A stretch of 64,000 bases of DNA from Alloascoidea hylecoeti (GCA_001600815.1 BCKZ01000002.1:434001-498000), one strand, 5' to 3'. Positions 48,270 through 61,250 are shown, numbered from the stretch's first letter. Notes: generated by a model not told the origin, from the letters alone. Translations and numbers: made by a program.

Positions 48270-48540
48270 TTTAACAAATTGAATGACGTTCATATAGGTA
48301 CTTTTACAGCTATATTGGTATCGCGAATGAATAGTTTCAGAAGTCTTTCAATATTTGGAGTTTGAGTTACTTTCATACATAGTTCTACTACTTCTAGATC
48401 TGTCTCGGGCGATCTGTAAACTTAAGTAACGGTCAACTTTTCCTAGATCAGTAGTTAACGTTTCAAAACGGATCGAAAATTTACTCCTGATTTATGTTGT
48501 TATTTCGGGCACCAGTGAAGATGTAGGGCAATCTAAGCTG
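48270..48540 (-). mobile_element. Decayed Ty1/copia reverse transcriptase relic
   Basis: IAL[YVD lost]-IFTG, RFETLTTDLGKVDRYLSLQIARDRS, VTQTPNIERLLKLF..DTN..VKVPI (cf. F.M.DLG...FLGI.I.RD...LSQ..YI..L..F). Confidence 0.65.
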
Positions 48541-50036
48541 GTTAATAATACAACTAAATATAAATCCTCAAGAAGATCCTTCAAAAAACTAGGTCTAGTG
48601 TTTGTGAACTAATTAAATAATTAGATTTTTTAGAGAATAAGGTTAGGAATAAATATTTGGCATGCCGCCATGGTATTCTTCCAGTTATAGTTAAGCATAT
48701 TGTATTTCGTAACATTTAATTTTTTTCAGAGATATCATATGCATAATTATCTCATCTATTTTATTTTCTTTTCTTTATATCATAATCAACTATAACCATA
48801 ATTTTTCAGTTCATTTCACATCATATATTAATATCTCGGCTTACCATTATGTGAGTGTTTGATGGGTCTTGTTATTGCTAAATATGTTATACAAAATATT
48901 AACGTGGAGATTATCAATTCAGATATATGACTTATAAGACATGTGTACGATTTTAATGTTATATCGAATTTGAATGCATGTTATGGTCTGCTCCAGAAAT
49001 GAAATTACTTGTTCTGGGTTTTTCCGACTAACATAGTTGCTATTCAGCTGATGAATCAACAAGCTGGTAATAAAGTTTCTTAAATTTAAATTCTAATAAT
49101 TATTTAATTTATTTCACACCTTTTTGCCCCCATAGAGTTTAAAACTATTTCATTTCAGTGTATTAATAATATATGTGCTGTGAGATACGATATACACATA
49201 CGAGACACCTAAAAAATGATTCATTATATTTACGAAGCATATAATTATATGATATATTTACAAGTTAAATAATTATAAAATATTCTGATTATGTATTTAT
49301 AAAGTAACTATTAATAGAGTTACAGATCATTTAAAAGCTTTAAAAACAGTGTCAAATAACAACAATAGAGTTGAATACGCGCTTTTCAAGTCCAAATTTC
49401 ATATTTACACCCAAACCTAACGACGAATTTGACATTGTGGTAGCTGTAGATAGATAGAGCTAGGGAAAGACATGACACGAAACAGCATTATTTGATCCCT
49501 ATACTATAGTCTCCAGTCTAATCGAAAGATCACATTCTCTATGCAACACGGGTGGTCGGAGGTTACTAGCTACAGGTGGATTCCAAAAGAGGTAAAATCA
49601 TAACAATTACCGAAAAGCAAGGATAGCATACTTTTGACACTTCCTCTTCTTCCGTCAGTCTCAGCTTTCTTTCTTATCTTCAATTCAATCCAATCTTTCT
49701 TTTTTTTGGTGTGTGTGTGCGTCTGTACTTGTGACCTGTCATTCAGGCTACTCCTCCTTCCTTTGAGAATTCTTCTTCTACCTAAATTGTTTATTGCACT
49801 TATCCCTTCTTTTACATTACCTTTACATTACCTTCTCAATTTCCCCGATTCGGCCTCTTCAAGCGACATCGGCTTTTATCCATTGTTCATGTACTATTGG
49901 TTATGAAAAATAAACAATCAGATTTCTAAAACGGCCCCCATTATCATTCAAACGAATCAAATTACAATTCTACTATATTCGAACCCAAAGTTAGAAAATA
50001 TCCATAGACCGTTCATTAATAGTCATACATAGCATA

Positions 50037-51542
50037 ATGGATGTAAGTAACTTCTCTGATTTTCCTTTTTATCTTTTTTCATATTTTATCCTTTTCACAT
50101 GGGTAGTTTCATGCTTATAAATGTTTGGTACTAATAATCTCTTTTAGTCACACCAACATCAACATATGAAAATCACTAATGAGAATAATCTCCCAATTGA
50201 TGATCTAATAAAAAAAGGAGCTTATATGTCTTCTAAATCTTCTGCCTTAATAACGGCCGCCAAAGCCAATGCCGTTTTGGGCTCAGGTGTTAATCAGATT
50301 GGAAAACCACAAAGACGAATTGCGTTATCAGATGTTACAAATTCATCAATATTACAAACAAATCAAAACCGTATATCAAACAAAATCAAAGTGTATCAGG
50401 AATCAGATACCGTATCTACATATAGACCACAGCAAGAACTGATTGTGATAGATGATGATGTAACCGAAATCAGTGACACAGAAGAAATTGAGGATTATTA
50501 TATAGAAGAAGGAGAATACTGTAAATCCCCAGATATTGAGCAAGATATTCAGACTGAAGAAGAGGAAGAAGAAGACAATGACGAATTTGAAGACTCAGAT
50601 GAATCACATCTAGATATTCATCATGGGTTTGAACCATATAGATTAGCCACAAATCCTAATTTAACCAACAGTATATCCCAGGAACTAAAAGCTGTTAATG
50701 ATCAATTCACAAAGAAGGGCGATCTTCTAGATGAAGAAGATGAAGACATTTATGATATTTCCATGGTTGCAGAATATAGTGAAGATATCTTTAAATATAT
50801 GAGGAGATTAGAAGCAAAAATGAGGCCAATTGAAAATTACATGGAATTTCAAGAGGAACTAGAATGGAGAATGAGATCAATATTAGTTGATTGGCTTGTT
50901 CAAGTGCATCTAAGGTTCAACCTACTACCAGAGACACTTTTCCTGACCGTGAACTACATTGATAGATTTCTATCTAGACGCTCTGTATCTTTGAGTAAAC
51001 TTCAAATGGTTGGCGCCGTTGCATTATTCCTTGCTGCTAAATATGAAGAAATCAATTGTCCTTCAATAGAAGAAATCGCATATATGGTTGATCATACTTA
51101 TTCTATTGATGAGCTTTTGAGAGCTGAACGATTTATGATTGACGTTCTTGATTTTGAAATGGGCTGGCCAGGACCAATGTCATTCTTAAGAAGAACCAGT
51201 AAGGCCGATGATTATGACTTAGAAACTAGAAGTTTGGCTAAATACTTCTTGGAAATAACAATCATGGACCAAAGATTTATTTCTCTGCTGCCAAGCTGGC
51301 TAGCTGCTGCTTCTCATTATTTGGCACGAAAATTATTGGCAAAAGGTGACTGGACAACTGCTCATGTTTATTATTCAGGTTATACGAGCAGACAGTTACA
51401 ACCTATTGCACAAATATTATTAGAATGTTGTCAACATGCTGGGTTTCATCACAAGGCAATTTTCGAAAAATATCAAGAACGAAGGTATAAAAGAGCATCA
51501 ACATTCGTCCAAGAATGGATGAAGATGGTTGATAATGTTTGA
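50037..51542 (+). CDS. CLB4: B-type cyclin, Clb3/Clb4 class; spliced join(50037..50042,50148..51542)
   Basis: ATG GAT|GTAAGT...TACTAAT...TTTTAG in frame with the 50166 ORF; D-box RIALSDVTN; MRSILVDWLVQVH.RF.LLPETLFL; AKYEEINCP; GWPGPMSFLRRTSKADDYD. Confidence 0.9.
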
Positions 51543-52384
51543 TTTCCCTGACCCTTAAATCTGCATATACCAAAAACACAATACACAACACAAAAAACCA
51601 TAAAAACAACAACTGTAACAACAACACCCAATGTAAAAGGCATTGCAATGAAAAATGACATTAATTGAAATATAACTGTTAAAAATATTTGATATATATA
51701 TATATAATTGAGAACTAGTGATGTTTTTTGGTTCATTCAATTATAGTTAAAATTAATACATCTATCATAAAGACTGTTATTCCTTTTTTATTTTTTTAAT
51801 ATATCATTAATTTAACTTTAAACAGACTCCTTTTAATTTGCTTTTCAACTTCGAATTTTATTAACGTTATAATACTTCTTCCTCCCTTATATTCCTTAAA
51901 GCTTAATTAAGGGTATATGGTTTTCTAATTTACATATATTTTACGCAAAAAAATGTTTATCTTAATTTTAATAGTTATATACATACCCCATAAATAATTG
52001 ATTGTTCTAAATCTTAAGTAATACTAATACTAATATTAATTATAGTGGTGATTATCATCTAGCCATAGTTATAACGATTTATAAGTTTAACGCTATGTAA
52101 AATTTATATAAGTTACTATACTTATAACTCTTGTAATTGGCCTACAAGTTAGAAGTGCACAAGCGCTATGAACTCATTCTACAAATTATACTAAATATAT
52201 AGAAAGTGTGTGATATCGGAAATATAAATAGTAATTCTCAGTATGCAATGGCAATCGTCTATATTGAAGATTGAGTAGTAATGTTAATAAAAAGTTATAT
52301 AGCACACTGAGGAATAAATAAAAGAAAATATTTCGATTTCAGAATATATGTGATTATGGTAGCTTATGAGAGATGAAATTAGCC

Positions 52385-52491
52385 AACCCTAAGTAGGAAC
52401 ATTCGGCCGGTATTGAGGAGACTTATCTGTCCAACCATGGGTGCACGTGCCAAGAAGCCAAAATTTGTTAGGTAATCAGTTATTGTGACTG
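52385..52491 (+). promoter_or_regulatory. RPP1 promoter: Tbf1-like, CACGTG and Homol-D motifs
   Basis: AACCCTAA 52385-52392, CACGTG 52444-52449, TGTGACTG 52484-52491 (exact reverse Homol-D). Confidence 0.5.
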
Positions 52492-52590
52492 TTTTTTCTG
52501 AATATAGAAAGTATCGAAACCACCTCCAATCTTTAAACAAAAAAGTACAACGAAATCAGTGAAATTAATCTACAATACAACACGTTAAAA

Positions 52591-53210
52591 ATGTCATCTG
52601 AAGCTGCCGTATCATACGCCTCCCTCATTCTAGCTGATGCTAATATTGAAATTACATCCGAAAAACTTTTAGCTCTTACCAAGGCTGCTGGTGCCAAAGT
52701 TGATGCTGTGAGTATTTTGAAATAATGAGAAGAAACACAATTGCAAGAACGTTAAGAATAATGGAGTTTAATATTTATTGGTAACACCACTTTGAGTCAT
52801 TATATGGAATACCTTTTTTTTTAAAAGTTAAATGAACGGGGTTCCATCTACAATTGCCAAGTTATAATTGAATGAAACTTCTAAAACCAATTAAATATAT
52901 CTTTCAAATTTATTTGTCAACTATCCAAAAATCAATTGTGCTATTCTCTACTTATAATTATTTATAATTATTTATCTAACCAACTATTTATTATTTTTAG
53001 GTCTGGGCTGATGTTTTCGCTGCTGCACTCCAAGGCAAAGATTTAAAGGAAATTCTATTTAGCTTCGCCGCTTCTGCTCCATCCTCCGGTGCTGCCGCTT
53101 CCGGTGCTGCTGCTACTACTGGTGCCGCTGATGAAGCCGCCGCTGAAGAAGAAAAGGAAGACGAAGGAGAAGAATCTGATGATAGCATGGGATTCGGTCT
53201 ATTTGACTAG
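52591..53210 (+). CDS. RPP1: 60S acidic ribosomal protein P1; join(52591..52707,53001..53210), 108 aa
   Basis: [45 protein letters not shown]...[13 protein letters not shown]; intron GTGAGT..TCTAAC..TAG. Confidence 0.97.
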
Positions 53211-53672
53211 AGAGGTTTATTAGATTATAGACTCTAAGGAAAGAAAATGATTGTATACTTCTATTATGCTTAATAATTGCACAACTTCATTATATAATGA
53301 TATGATCAAGGAATATTCATTAGTATGAATGTAGAATATATTGTGAATCATCAAGTTCGATAACCTATTGTCCAGTCCATTTGTAATTAATAAGGTGTTC
53401 AAGTCCGACACTTAAACACAATCTATTTTGATATGTATATATGTAAGATGCAATAATATTTCGTGCTGAATATGATAATCTATAATCAATCATATCTTTT
53501 CTGAATTTAATTAACATGACTAATATATAATCGATCAATATATTTACACAATTACAAATAAAGGAACATACAATAATAAATAGATAATAGTAGGGAGAGT
53601 TTATGAAATATATTAGGAGATGAAACTAGAACACAACATGAACAATGAAAAAATTCCATTTTGTTACTTAAT

Positions 53673-54581
53673 TTATTTCTTCTTTTCAGCTTCAGCTTCA
53701 GCCTTATCTTTAGCACGCTTTTCACGGATACCCTTATATCTAGCATCTGACCTAGCGAGACGTAAAGTTTTGAAAGCATCAACCTTCTTGTCATCAGCAG
53801 AAATTGCTCTTGAGGCAACCACAGGTGCGGCTTGAGTAATAGGGAAAGCAGTAGCTGTAGATAATACTTGTTTGGCAGCGGCGACTTCTTCAACAGAAGC
53901 ATCACCCTTCTTAACTTTTCCTGCTTTACGTGGGAAAACAATGAGTTTACCCTTGTATTCCTTTAATCTTTGGACGTTGAGTTCAAAACCTTCAACTGAT
54001 TTGTTTTGACGTCTGTGGTCAACTGCGATGCCAATGGTTCTAGCGTATTGGGGAGTTAGACCGACGGCCTTGATTTCGTCAAAGGTGAAACCTTTACCGG
54101 CACGAACCTTTCTGTTGTATCGAATACTAGGAGCACGGACAATTGGTCTTAGTAAATCAAGAGGTCTTGGAGCAATTAAAGCAGCTCTCTTGGCTCTAGC
54201 GGTTCTTCGTGAAGACTTCTTTCCAGCTTGATCAAAATGTGTTTTGACCCTCTCTTGCCATTCCTTTCGGAAATGGTTCTTTTGAATAGCGTTGTTCTTG
54301 GAGATGGCTAATAGTAATGTTTGTTAGAACACATTTTTCAATTACAATAATAAAACATTTGCTATTGAATATGCTGAAGCCAGTTATGGTTAAACATTTT
54401 GTCATTAATATCTAAGTTGTAATATTAAATGTTTTGATGATAATTATATTCATTGATTACTATTGTTGGCTTTTATGAATAGTGTTGAAAACTACGGAAT
54501 TTTCTTCATAACCAGACTCCCTCATACCCTCAGCAATATTGTATTTTTTAAAATTCTTTTAAAATGAGATGACTTACCCAT
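53673..54581 (-). CDS. RPL13: 60S ribosomal protein eL13; exons 54581-54578 and 54307-53673, 212 aa
   Basis: ATGG|GTAAGT..TTCTAAC..TAG|CCATC gives [32 protein letters not shown]...[30 protein letters not shown]. Confidence 0.98.
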
Positions 54582-54700
54582 TGTTTGTTGTGTTTGTCTA
54601 AGGACCTAAATCTGTCTATTTTCCTATTCCTTCGTTTACTTTGAAACCTGATAGGAGAGGTTTTTCAGACTGACATTTACGCACATTTCTTTTCAAAATA

Positions 54701-54790
54701 CGTGACTCGTTTTTCCAGTTATAGAGAGCTCGTATATTACATCATGGTTAAGTACAAGGGAGAACGTTATGTCACATGCCACATCACGTG
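54701..54790 (-). promoter_or_regulatory. RPL13 promoter: Cbf1-type RTCACRTG sites and a Homol-D-like element
   Basis: GTCACATG 54771-54778, ATCACGTG 54783-54790, CGTGACTC 54701-54708. Confidence 0.45.
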
Positions 54791-54999
54791 TTATAACTCA
54801 TTCAATTTGACCAAATGCTTATTCAGGGTATAGAGGCATAAAATTGTATTAATTCCATTAATTTTCTTGTTTTCCGATTAGATTTATCAGGACATGTTTC
54901 ACAGAAAATGTTGAGTTGTCCCAGCTATTCCATGACTGGAAGCCTGGGTTTAAAATTTAATTGGTACGCTTAGATTTAGACATCGATTCCAGATGGCAA

Positions 55000-55560
55000 A
55001 GCTATTGATGTGTTTACGTAAACTGGCGTGTAGTTGTTATTACATGTAGTGGATTGAAGGGGGATTCTCCTACAGAGTAAAGCTTAAGCAGGATGCTGAA
55101 AATATCAGGCAGTGACAATCGATATCAATGTTAGATATTAACTACCAATGATGAACATGCACACCAATTCTCCTTAATTAGAAAGAGGATACGGAGTATT
55201 ACAAACTATAAGGATTATAATGATATTAGTTTCCTACGTGGGAAAATTTTATAATTCCCCTATTAAATCTCTCTGCGATATCACAGTTGCAAAGATAACT
55301 TTGGATTTCTGCCAGTTGGTTTGTTATATACTCTTCTACTAGGTATAACCTGACCGAATAAGGGTGCTGTTGCTTTTGCTCAGTGGTCAGCTGAACATTT
55401 TATTTTATATGCTTCCAATGAGATATTCTCAAATAAATAAAGTTTGTCAATAGGTTGGATAAACAATGATTTTTTGAGCTCATTTCATGTTTCCGAGTGA
55501 AACAAAGTTGTGCCCTCCCTCTTATCTGCTGCAATACAGTGTAGTTACTGTATGTATCTA
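55000..55560 (+). mobile_element. Decayed Ty3/gypsy RT N-terminal relic
   Basis: AIDVFT, YRVKLKQDAENIRQ, YNSPI...KITLDFCQL (cf. WNSP...R.xxDFRxLN), PDRIRVLL..LSG. Confidence 0.45.
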
Positions 55561-56172
55561 TAATACACGTACCATAGCACAAAATTAAAATGACTAAAAA
55601 AAACTTATAATTCTCTGAAATTTGTTTGATTTATATCCTGTTTTCTTATCCAAATTCTTCGTTTTCGTTCTATACTGTCGATTTTCCCGAGACAATCAAT
55701 TTCCTTTTAAAAACCTTTGAGTCTTTCTTTGGGGGATATTCGCAGTCAACTAGCGTAAGGAATCACTCAAATCCAGAAAAGGTTAGCAAAATATATCGCT
55801 TCTATAATTTTTATTGTTCTTTCCCCACACAACCACTATATGAGTATTGTTCTCAATTGCAAGAGCAAGATACTATTGAAACAGTGTTTATATATCTTAC
55901 CCCTTTTGATTACTAATTAATTTCTACATAATTACGAGTTTTTAGCGCTAGCTGAAGTATAGCTGAAGTATTCATTCGAATTCACTATAGCTATTGATAT
56001 ATTTGACATCTTCGAACTTGGCTGATAATAATTTTAAATTTAACCATGAATAGATATGGATTAGATCGTAAATCCGGAGAAATAGATACCTAAAATATCT
56101 CTTCTCTTATTTATAATTAAGTAGAACTAGATTTTTTTTTTAATGGCTATAGTGCAGCAGGGTATACCGGTA

Positions 56173-57393
56173 TAGCTTTAAAAGGCTAAGCTTTTTAAAT
56201 ATCATCGAATGATTTCTAAAATTCCGTTAAACGAGAGTTTAGTAATTGCAAATCTAAAAAGAAATTACAACTATCTAAGTGGGATTTGTAATCCGAGTAA
56301 TCACCTTCTCAATTTCGTAAATAGACATAATACCTTTCAATATTGAATTTCACTGTAAAGTAGTATATCAACAACACCTTCTTAAATTCAAAACCCCTAC
56401 AGAATTTACTGGAATGGCAATAAATGAAATTCCGTGCGTTGTAGGACCTTCCCCTTTGAATACGTAACTGGCTTCAAAGTTTGAAGTGAACGTTAAAATA
56501 TCAAAGACTAATAATACCCGATTTTAAAAAGCTTGGAATATTTTCGGTGCATAAAGGACCTTTTCGGAGAGAGGGGAATCAAATAAATAGAAAGTCATCG
56601 TCTCAAAAAAAATTGGAGTGGTCTCAGAACATTTGGCATGGTGTTGTATCCAGTGACGAAGGTTCGATTGTAACAGGATCCGGATCCAGAAAAGTATCTG
56701 CTCCTCGAAAGTCAGGTCAGGGCTTTGAACCAAACAACATTCACAATATAAGTAACTCTGGGTCTGTAACTCTTATTTTATAAGCTGGAATTTAGAAAGA
56801 AGGTCAAAGCTGTATAATTATAAAGTGGTTGGGATCTTAATAACAGAAAAAATGAGCCACCGCACATTCTTAAATAAAACTTCTGGAAGAGGTCATTGAT
56901 GAGATTGCAGAAGGTGCCGTATTCGTACAGGATAATACACCTTTAAATAAAGCTAGATTGGAGAAGGAGATAGAAGTGTTAGGGTAGCCGCCTTTGACCT
57001 GAATCGATATACATTTGAAGACACTTGCACGTCGAATATCCTCAAAATAGTTCCTAACAAGGCGGTAATTACGATTATGGACTCTATAGATGATGTAGAA
57101 CTGAATAGAGACCTAATTTTTATGTCTCTTTCAAAATATTGGGACCTCATAGATCTGGATATCTTTGATAATATGATTGATTCCATGCCTCATTGGGTGG
57201 TCGCGGTTTACAGGGTTAATGGCACCGACACTAAATATTAACTTAATATCATTTAATATAGAATCTGTAAAATTCACGGAACATTACTCACTATTTTAAC
57301 AGATTAAGACTTTGTAGAATACGCAGCAGCTGGTAATGTAATTGGCATTTCTAATTGATGTGATATCCAAAAAAGCTTGGCCACTTAAGGCTG
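56173..57393 (+). mobile_element. Defective Tc1/mariner DNA transposon with both TIRs and a pseudogenised transposase
   Basis: WSQNIWHGVVSSDE, RKSGQGFEPNNI, LIL*AGI*, VFVQDNTP, IEVLG*PP-DLN, W...DLDIFDNMIDSMPHWVVAVYRVNGTDTKY*. TIRs 56173-56204 and 57361-57393 (25/33 matches), flanked by TA and TG. Confidence 0.9.
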
Positions 57394-57794
57394 TGTCACA
57401 GGGATTATATCATTCCAAGTAACATTTTAAGAAGATTAGGAATTGTAGGATTCACACTGAGAATTCGATATCATTCGTCATCTGAAACGCAGGCAATTAA
57501 TGTTTATAGATTTAATTAAAGAGGTTTATTAAAGTTTACCTCCCTGCACGCACTTAAGACACGCAAACTTTAAAAAAGGATAAAAGACTAATATAGATGT
57601 GGATGCCATATGCAAAGCGAATATGAAATTAAAGCAATTAATTACATTTCTTGATATGGAATCATCCCATCTGTAACCATCCACCTGCATATACGTCTAA
57701 AAGCTAATTTTGGAGCTCATCTCCATATACATATATATAGGCCCCCATCGGCACTTTTTGTACTTTCTTGAACAATACAATAATAATAATAAGC

Positions 57795-58748
57795 ATGTTT
57801 GCAGATACAATGTCACCTTTACCATCTGGAAGCCATGATCACAAGATACCGACTCCAGCTTATTATACGCCCACACCAAGACAAAGACAGATACCTACAA
57901 GAAAAAAGAACACTGAACTTCAATTTAAGCCCTACACTTATGTCCCTGAGTTATATTCTCCGAGACGTAATAAGACTCCACCACCAATGGAAAAATTGCT
58001 GAGGTTACAACCAAAATCAAAAAACTCTTGTAAAAGAAAAGGGAGCTTTATTAAGCCTGTTGATGCTTATAGGACCCCATCAAGAGAAAGTCTACCAACC
58101 CCAATAGCGATTCCAATTGTTGAATCAAGTCCCGAACTAAGTACTGCATCAAGCCCTGAGTCGAGTCCTGTATCAAGTCCAATGGCAAGGTCGAGTCCTG
58201 GATTGCGAAATCTTTTAAATACACCCACCACTTCACCTGTAACTAATTCAGAACTGGTGGATGTTACCACTTTAGCCGCACCTCAACTCTTGGGATCACC
58301 ATTTAAACCTTACAGTGGGACTTTTAAGCGCTTCAAACACTTAAGGTCTAAGATGTCCGATTCCACTATATCTCCTCACTGGAATGCTACTGAGAATAAA
58401 CCATTGCTTAGTGAGATGGAAAAATTGCTCATAAGGCGGGCCCCAATTACAATAATAGATGAGTCCATTTATACACATAAAAAATACCAAGAAAAAATAA
58501 ATGAGGTAGTTTCTTTTATTGGAGAGTTAAAAAATGCTTTAGATAAGTCAATAGGAGTTATTTATCAATATAGCGTTCAAAAGAAATTAAATAGTATGGA
58601 AGTCACTGAAATCTTAGAAAGAAATGAAAATGAAACATCCTTAATGAAAAAGGATATTGAGACTCTAAAGAGGAAGGTCGAGGATTTGAATTTATTGATT
58701 ATTGAAAAGGATAAAGAGATTGCATCGCTCAAACAGATTCTAAGATGA
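57795..58748 (+). CDS. Hypothetical Ser/Pro-rich protein with C-terminal coiled coil (ATG 57795 or 57810)
   Basis: Long open frame; many S/T-P sites; heptad-like C-terminus (LMKKDIETLKRKVEDLNLLIIEKDKEIASLKQIL). Confidence 0.7.
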   Translation: MFADTMSPLPSGSHDHKIPTPAYYTPTPRQRQIPTRKKNTELQFKPYTYVPELYSPRRNKTPPPMEKLLRLQPKSKNSCKRKGSFIKPVDAYRTPSRESLPTPIAIPIVESSPELSTASSPESSPVSSPMARSSPGLRNLLNTPTTSPVTNSELVDVTTLAAPQLLGSPFKPYSGTFKRFKHLRSKMSDSTISPHWNATENKPLLSEMEKLLIRRAPITIIDESIYTHKKYQEKINEVVSFIGELKNALDKSIGVIYQYSVQKKLNSMEVTEILERNENETSLMKKDIETLKRKVEDLNLLIIEKDKEIASLKQILR

Positions 58749-59799
58749 AAGATGTTAATGGAACTTATTTATAAATCCTACTATACTTATAAATTTATTT
58801 ATACTCTTTTCTCTTACTTCCTATAAATTTTGTTGCTTAAATTTGGTTTGGAGTTATTTCCGCTGAAGCGGTTGCCAGTGATTATTATGATTTTAATATT
58901 ATGAATTGTCTTTTTATTTTCTTTTATTATAGACTATCTTATGACTTTGGAACTTTCTATTATCTTCTGTACTTTCAATTTTCTTCATCATTACTACTAT
59001 TAATTTTTGATCTCGATCATATACCTACTTATATTCTATATAATTATACTAAGTGATAAATAATATTAAATTCTTCAATTAGGTGTGTCAGATGTGTTTT
59101 ACATATATACTTATATCTATATATGGTAGCAAAATATAAGCATATTAGTTTTAATTTACATTGATGGTGGACTACAGCTCAAACAGACATCTGCAGTAGT
59201 AAACTTTAAAGTACTTTAAGGTTTACGAAAACTCCATATATATGCATATATGCATGATGAGTTTTAGATTTCCAACTATTGCTATTTTCAGCACATTAAC
59301 GCTATAAGACTATTTTCGTATCTTTAAATTTCATTTCAAGATTTAGTTTTATTCCAGGTAATTAAATTGCTTAAAGTAAAATTTAAAGCTAATAAATGCA
59401 ATTGATGACGCCAGACAGAGCCAATTATTATAACAAGTACCAACCACACAGTAGATAAAATACATTAATAAAGTTCATTAAAATTTATAAAAAATAAATT
59501 TCTTTTACAGTACTTGTAGAAACAAAATAAAAGAATAAAATATCTCTAAATGCTCCTAATTCCCTGTGTGATATCGATGGTTCTAATGACAACTTAAGCA
59601 GCCTTTTGAATATATATTCAAAGCTTTATTATGACTGGAATTTTCCCCATTAAATTTCAGCTATAAAGGTTAATTGGTCAAAATCTAAAAAGATGTTAGA
59701 GTCTATTCTAATCCAGATCTAGATAAGAAAATCAATGTGAACTCATGCATGATAGTCCACCTGCAGTTACAATGGGATAAGTCCAACCTCCTCATGTGG

Positions 59800-61250
59800 C
59801 CATTTTCGAGGATAGAAATTTATCCATAGGAGGTTTATTTCGAAAAATGTTTCCTAAATTATGGCTTGTAATTATGAGCTGGTCAACAATATGACACCCA
59901 TAATTAAAACGTTACAATTAGCGATATATTTACATAGCATCTCTCGCCTATCGCGCGCAGATATTGACGCTATAAATTCTCAGTATATCTTGCACTTTTT
60001 TTATGATAGTAGTTGCTTTGAAACGACTTCAAGAATTGAAACCTAAATTTTTGTGATGGTTTAATGCAAGCCAGAACCATTTGGTTTATATTCTAAAGGC
60101 TGGTTTCTTCCAACCTATGCTAGATCGATATGCATAGGCCAAATATTGAAATCCAACCACATCCATGCTTTACCACAAGTTATACTGGAACCGCTCCATC
60201 CCAAGAAAATTGAAGATTTGGGAAAAAGAACAAAACATATTTCAAATGGTGGAATATTTGATTATACTAAGGAATATGCCTGAGAGAAGAAATATACCAT
60301 AAAAGTCAATTTAAGAATGCATGCTGCTGTTAACAGCGGTTTCAAATGAAGCCTACTTTTGAAGGTGAAATTAGGAAATAACTTTTACTTTTACCGAAAG
60401 TTCATCAATTTTAATACTGAGATTTCACCTCAAACACAAAATAGTTCTAAATTAAAAATATAAAGCGGAGGTATGCAGGAGTTTATAATTATTCCTGGCT
60501 ATTGAAATGGATTAATTAGCGATAATAATAATAAATAAAAACCCATTCAACTCTAATTTCGATTGATCTGTTGTACTCCTTTTGGGTATACGTGTATTAG
60601 ATTTTTTTTACTAATTTATTTTTCCATATATAAAACCTTGGATATTCAGAAGGTAGTAGAAATAGTTCCTGTTAAATATGACTCCAATCAAAGACATATC
60701 AATTAAATATTAGATGTTGTTTATTCAAAATAAGCAGAAGATAATATTCCAATTGCAGAACTAAAAACACGCTTGTTACAAATGAGAAGGAAGGAAGTGG
60801 TAAACGTTGCAAAAAATTCAAGGATGAAAATAAAAACGAACCATGTAAAATTTATAGAATAAAGGTTTCTTTGAAAACGCGGACACCATCATCCTTTTTC
60901 AACTCTATTTTTGATGGAAGTAAAAAATAATTTAAAAGCTATTGATTAGTATGAGAATTAGATGAAGTGGGACATCGTTCATCACAAGTTTTATACTGCC
61001 GAAAGCACGTCGTTCAAGTTAGTACTCCTACTTCTAGAAGAAACATAGAAAGGGGGCAAACACTGAACATGTATAGTAACAAAATCAGAAGAAACAGGGC
61101 CTGTGAATATGCCAATAGCGTTAGGAGTTGGGAGCTGCCTTGGATTTTACTCATTTTTAGAAATGATTGACGCCTAAATCACAAAAGAAATTATAAAAGA
61201 TCCAATACGAAATTTGAAGCTGGAAATAAATATTATGTTAGAAAACGATA
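59800..61250 (+). mobile_element. Highly decayed Ty3/gypsy pol relic
   Basis: FGLYSKGWFLPTYA (cf. FLGL..YR.FIP.YA), IWEKEQNIF, IERGQTL...SWELPWILLIFRN (cf. ER.NQTL...WD..LP..L.AYR), KFEAGNKYYVR. Confidence 0.45.

Noticed and set aside
53552..54231. ORF-track calls over RPL13 (53552-53941, 53620-53835, 54028-54231)
   Set aside because: Alternative-frame or antisense shadows of spliced RPL13
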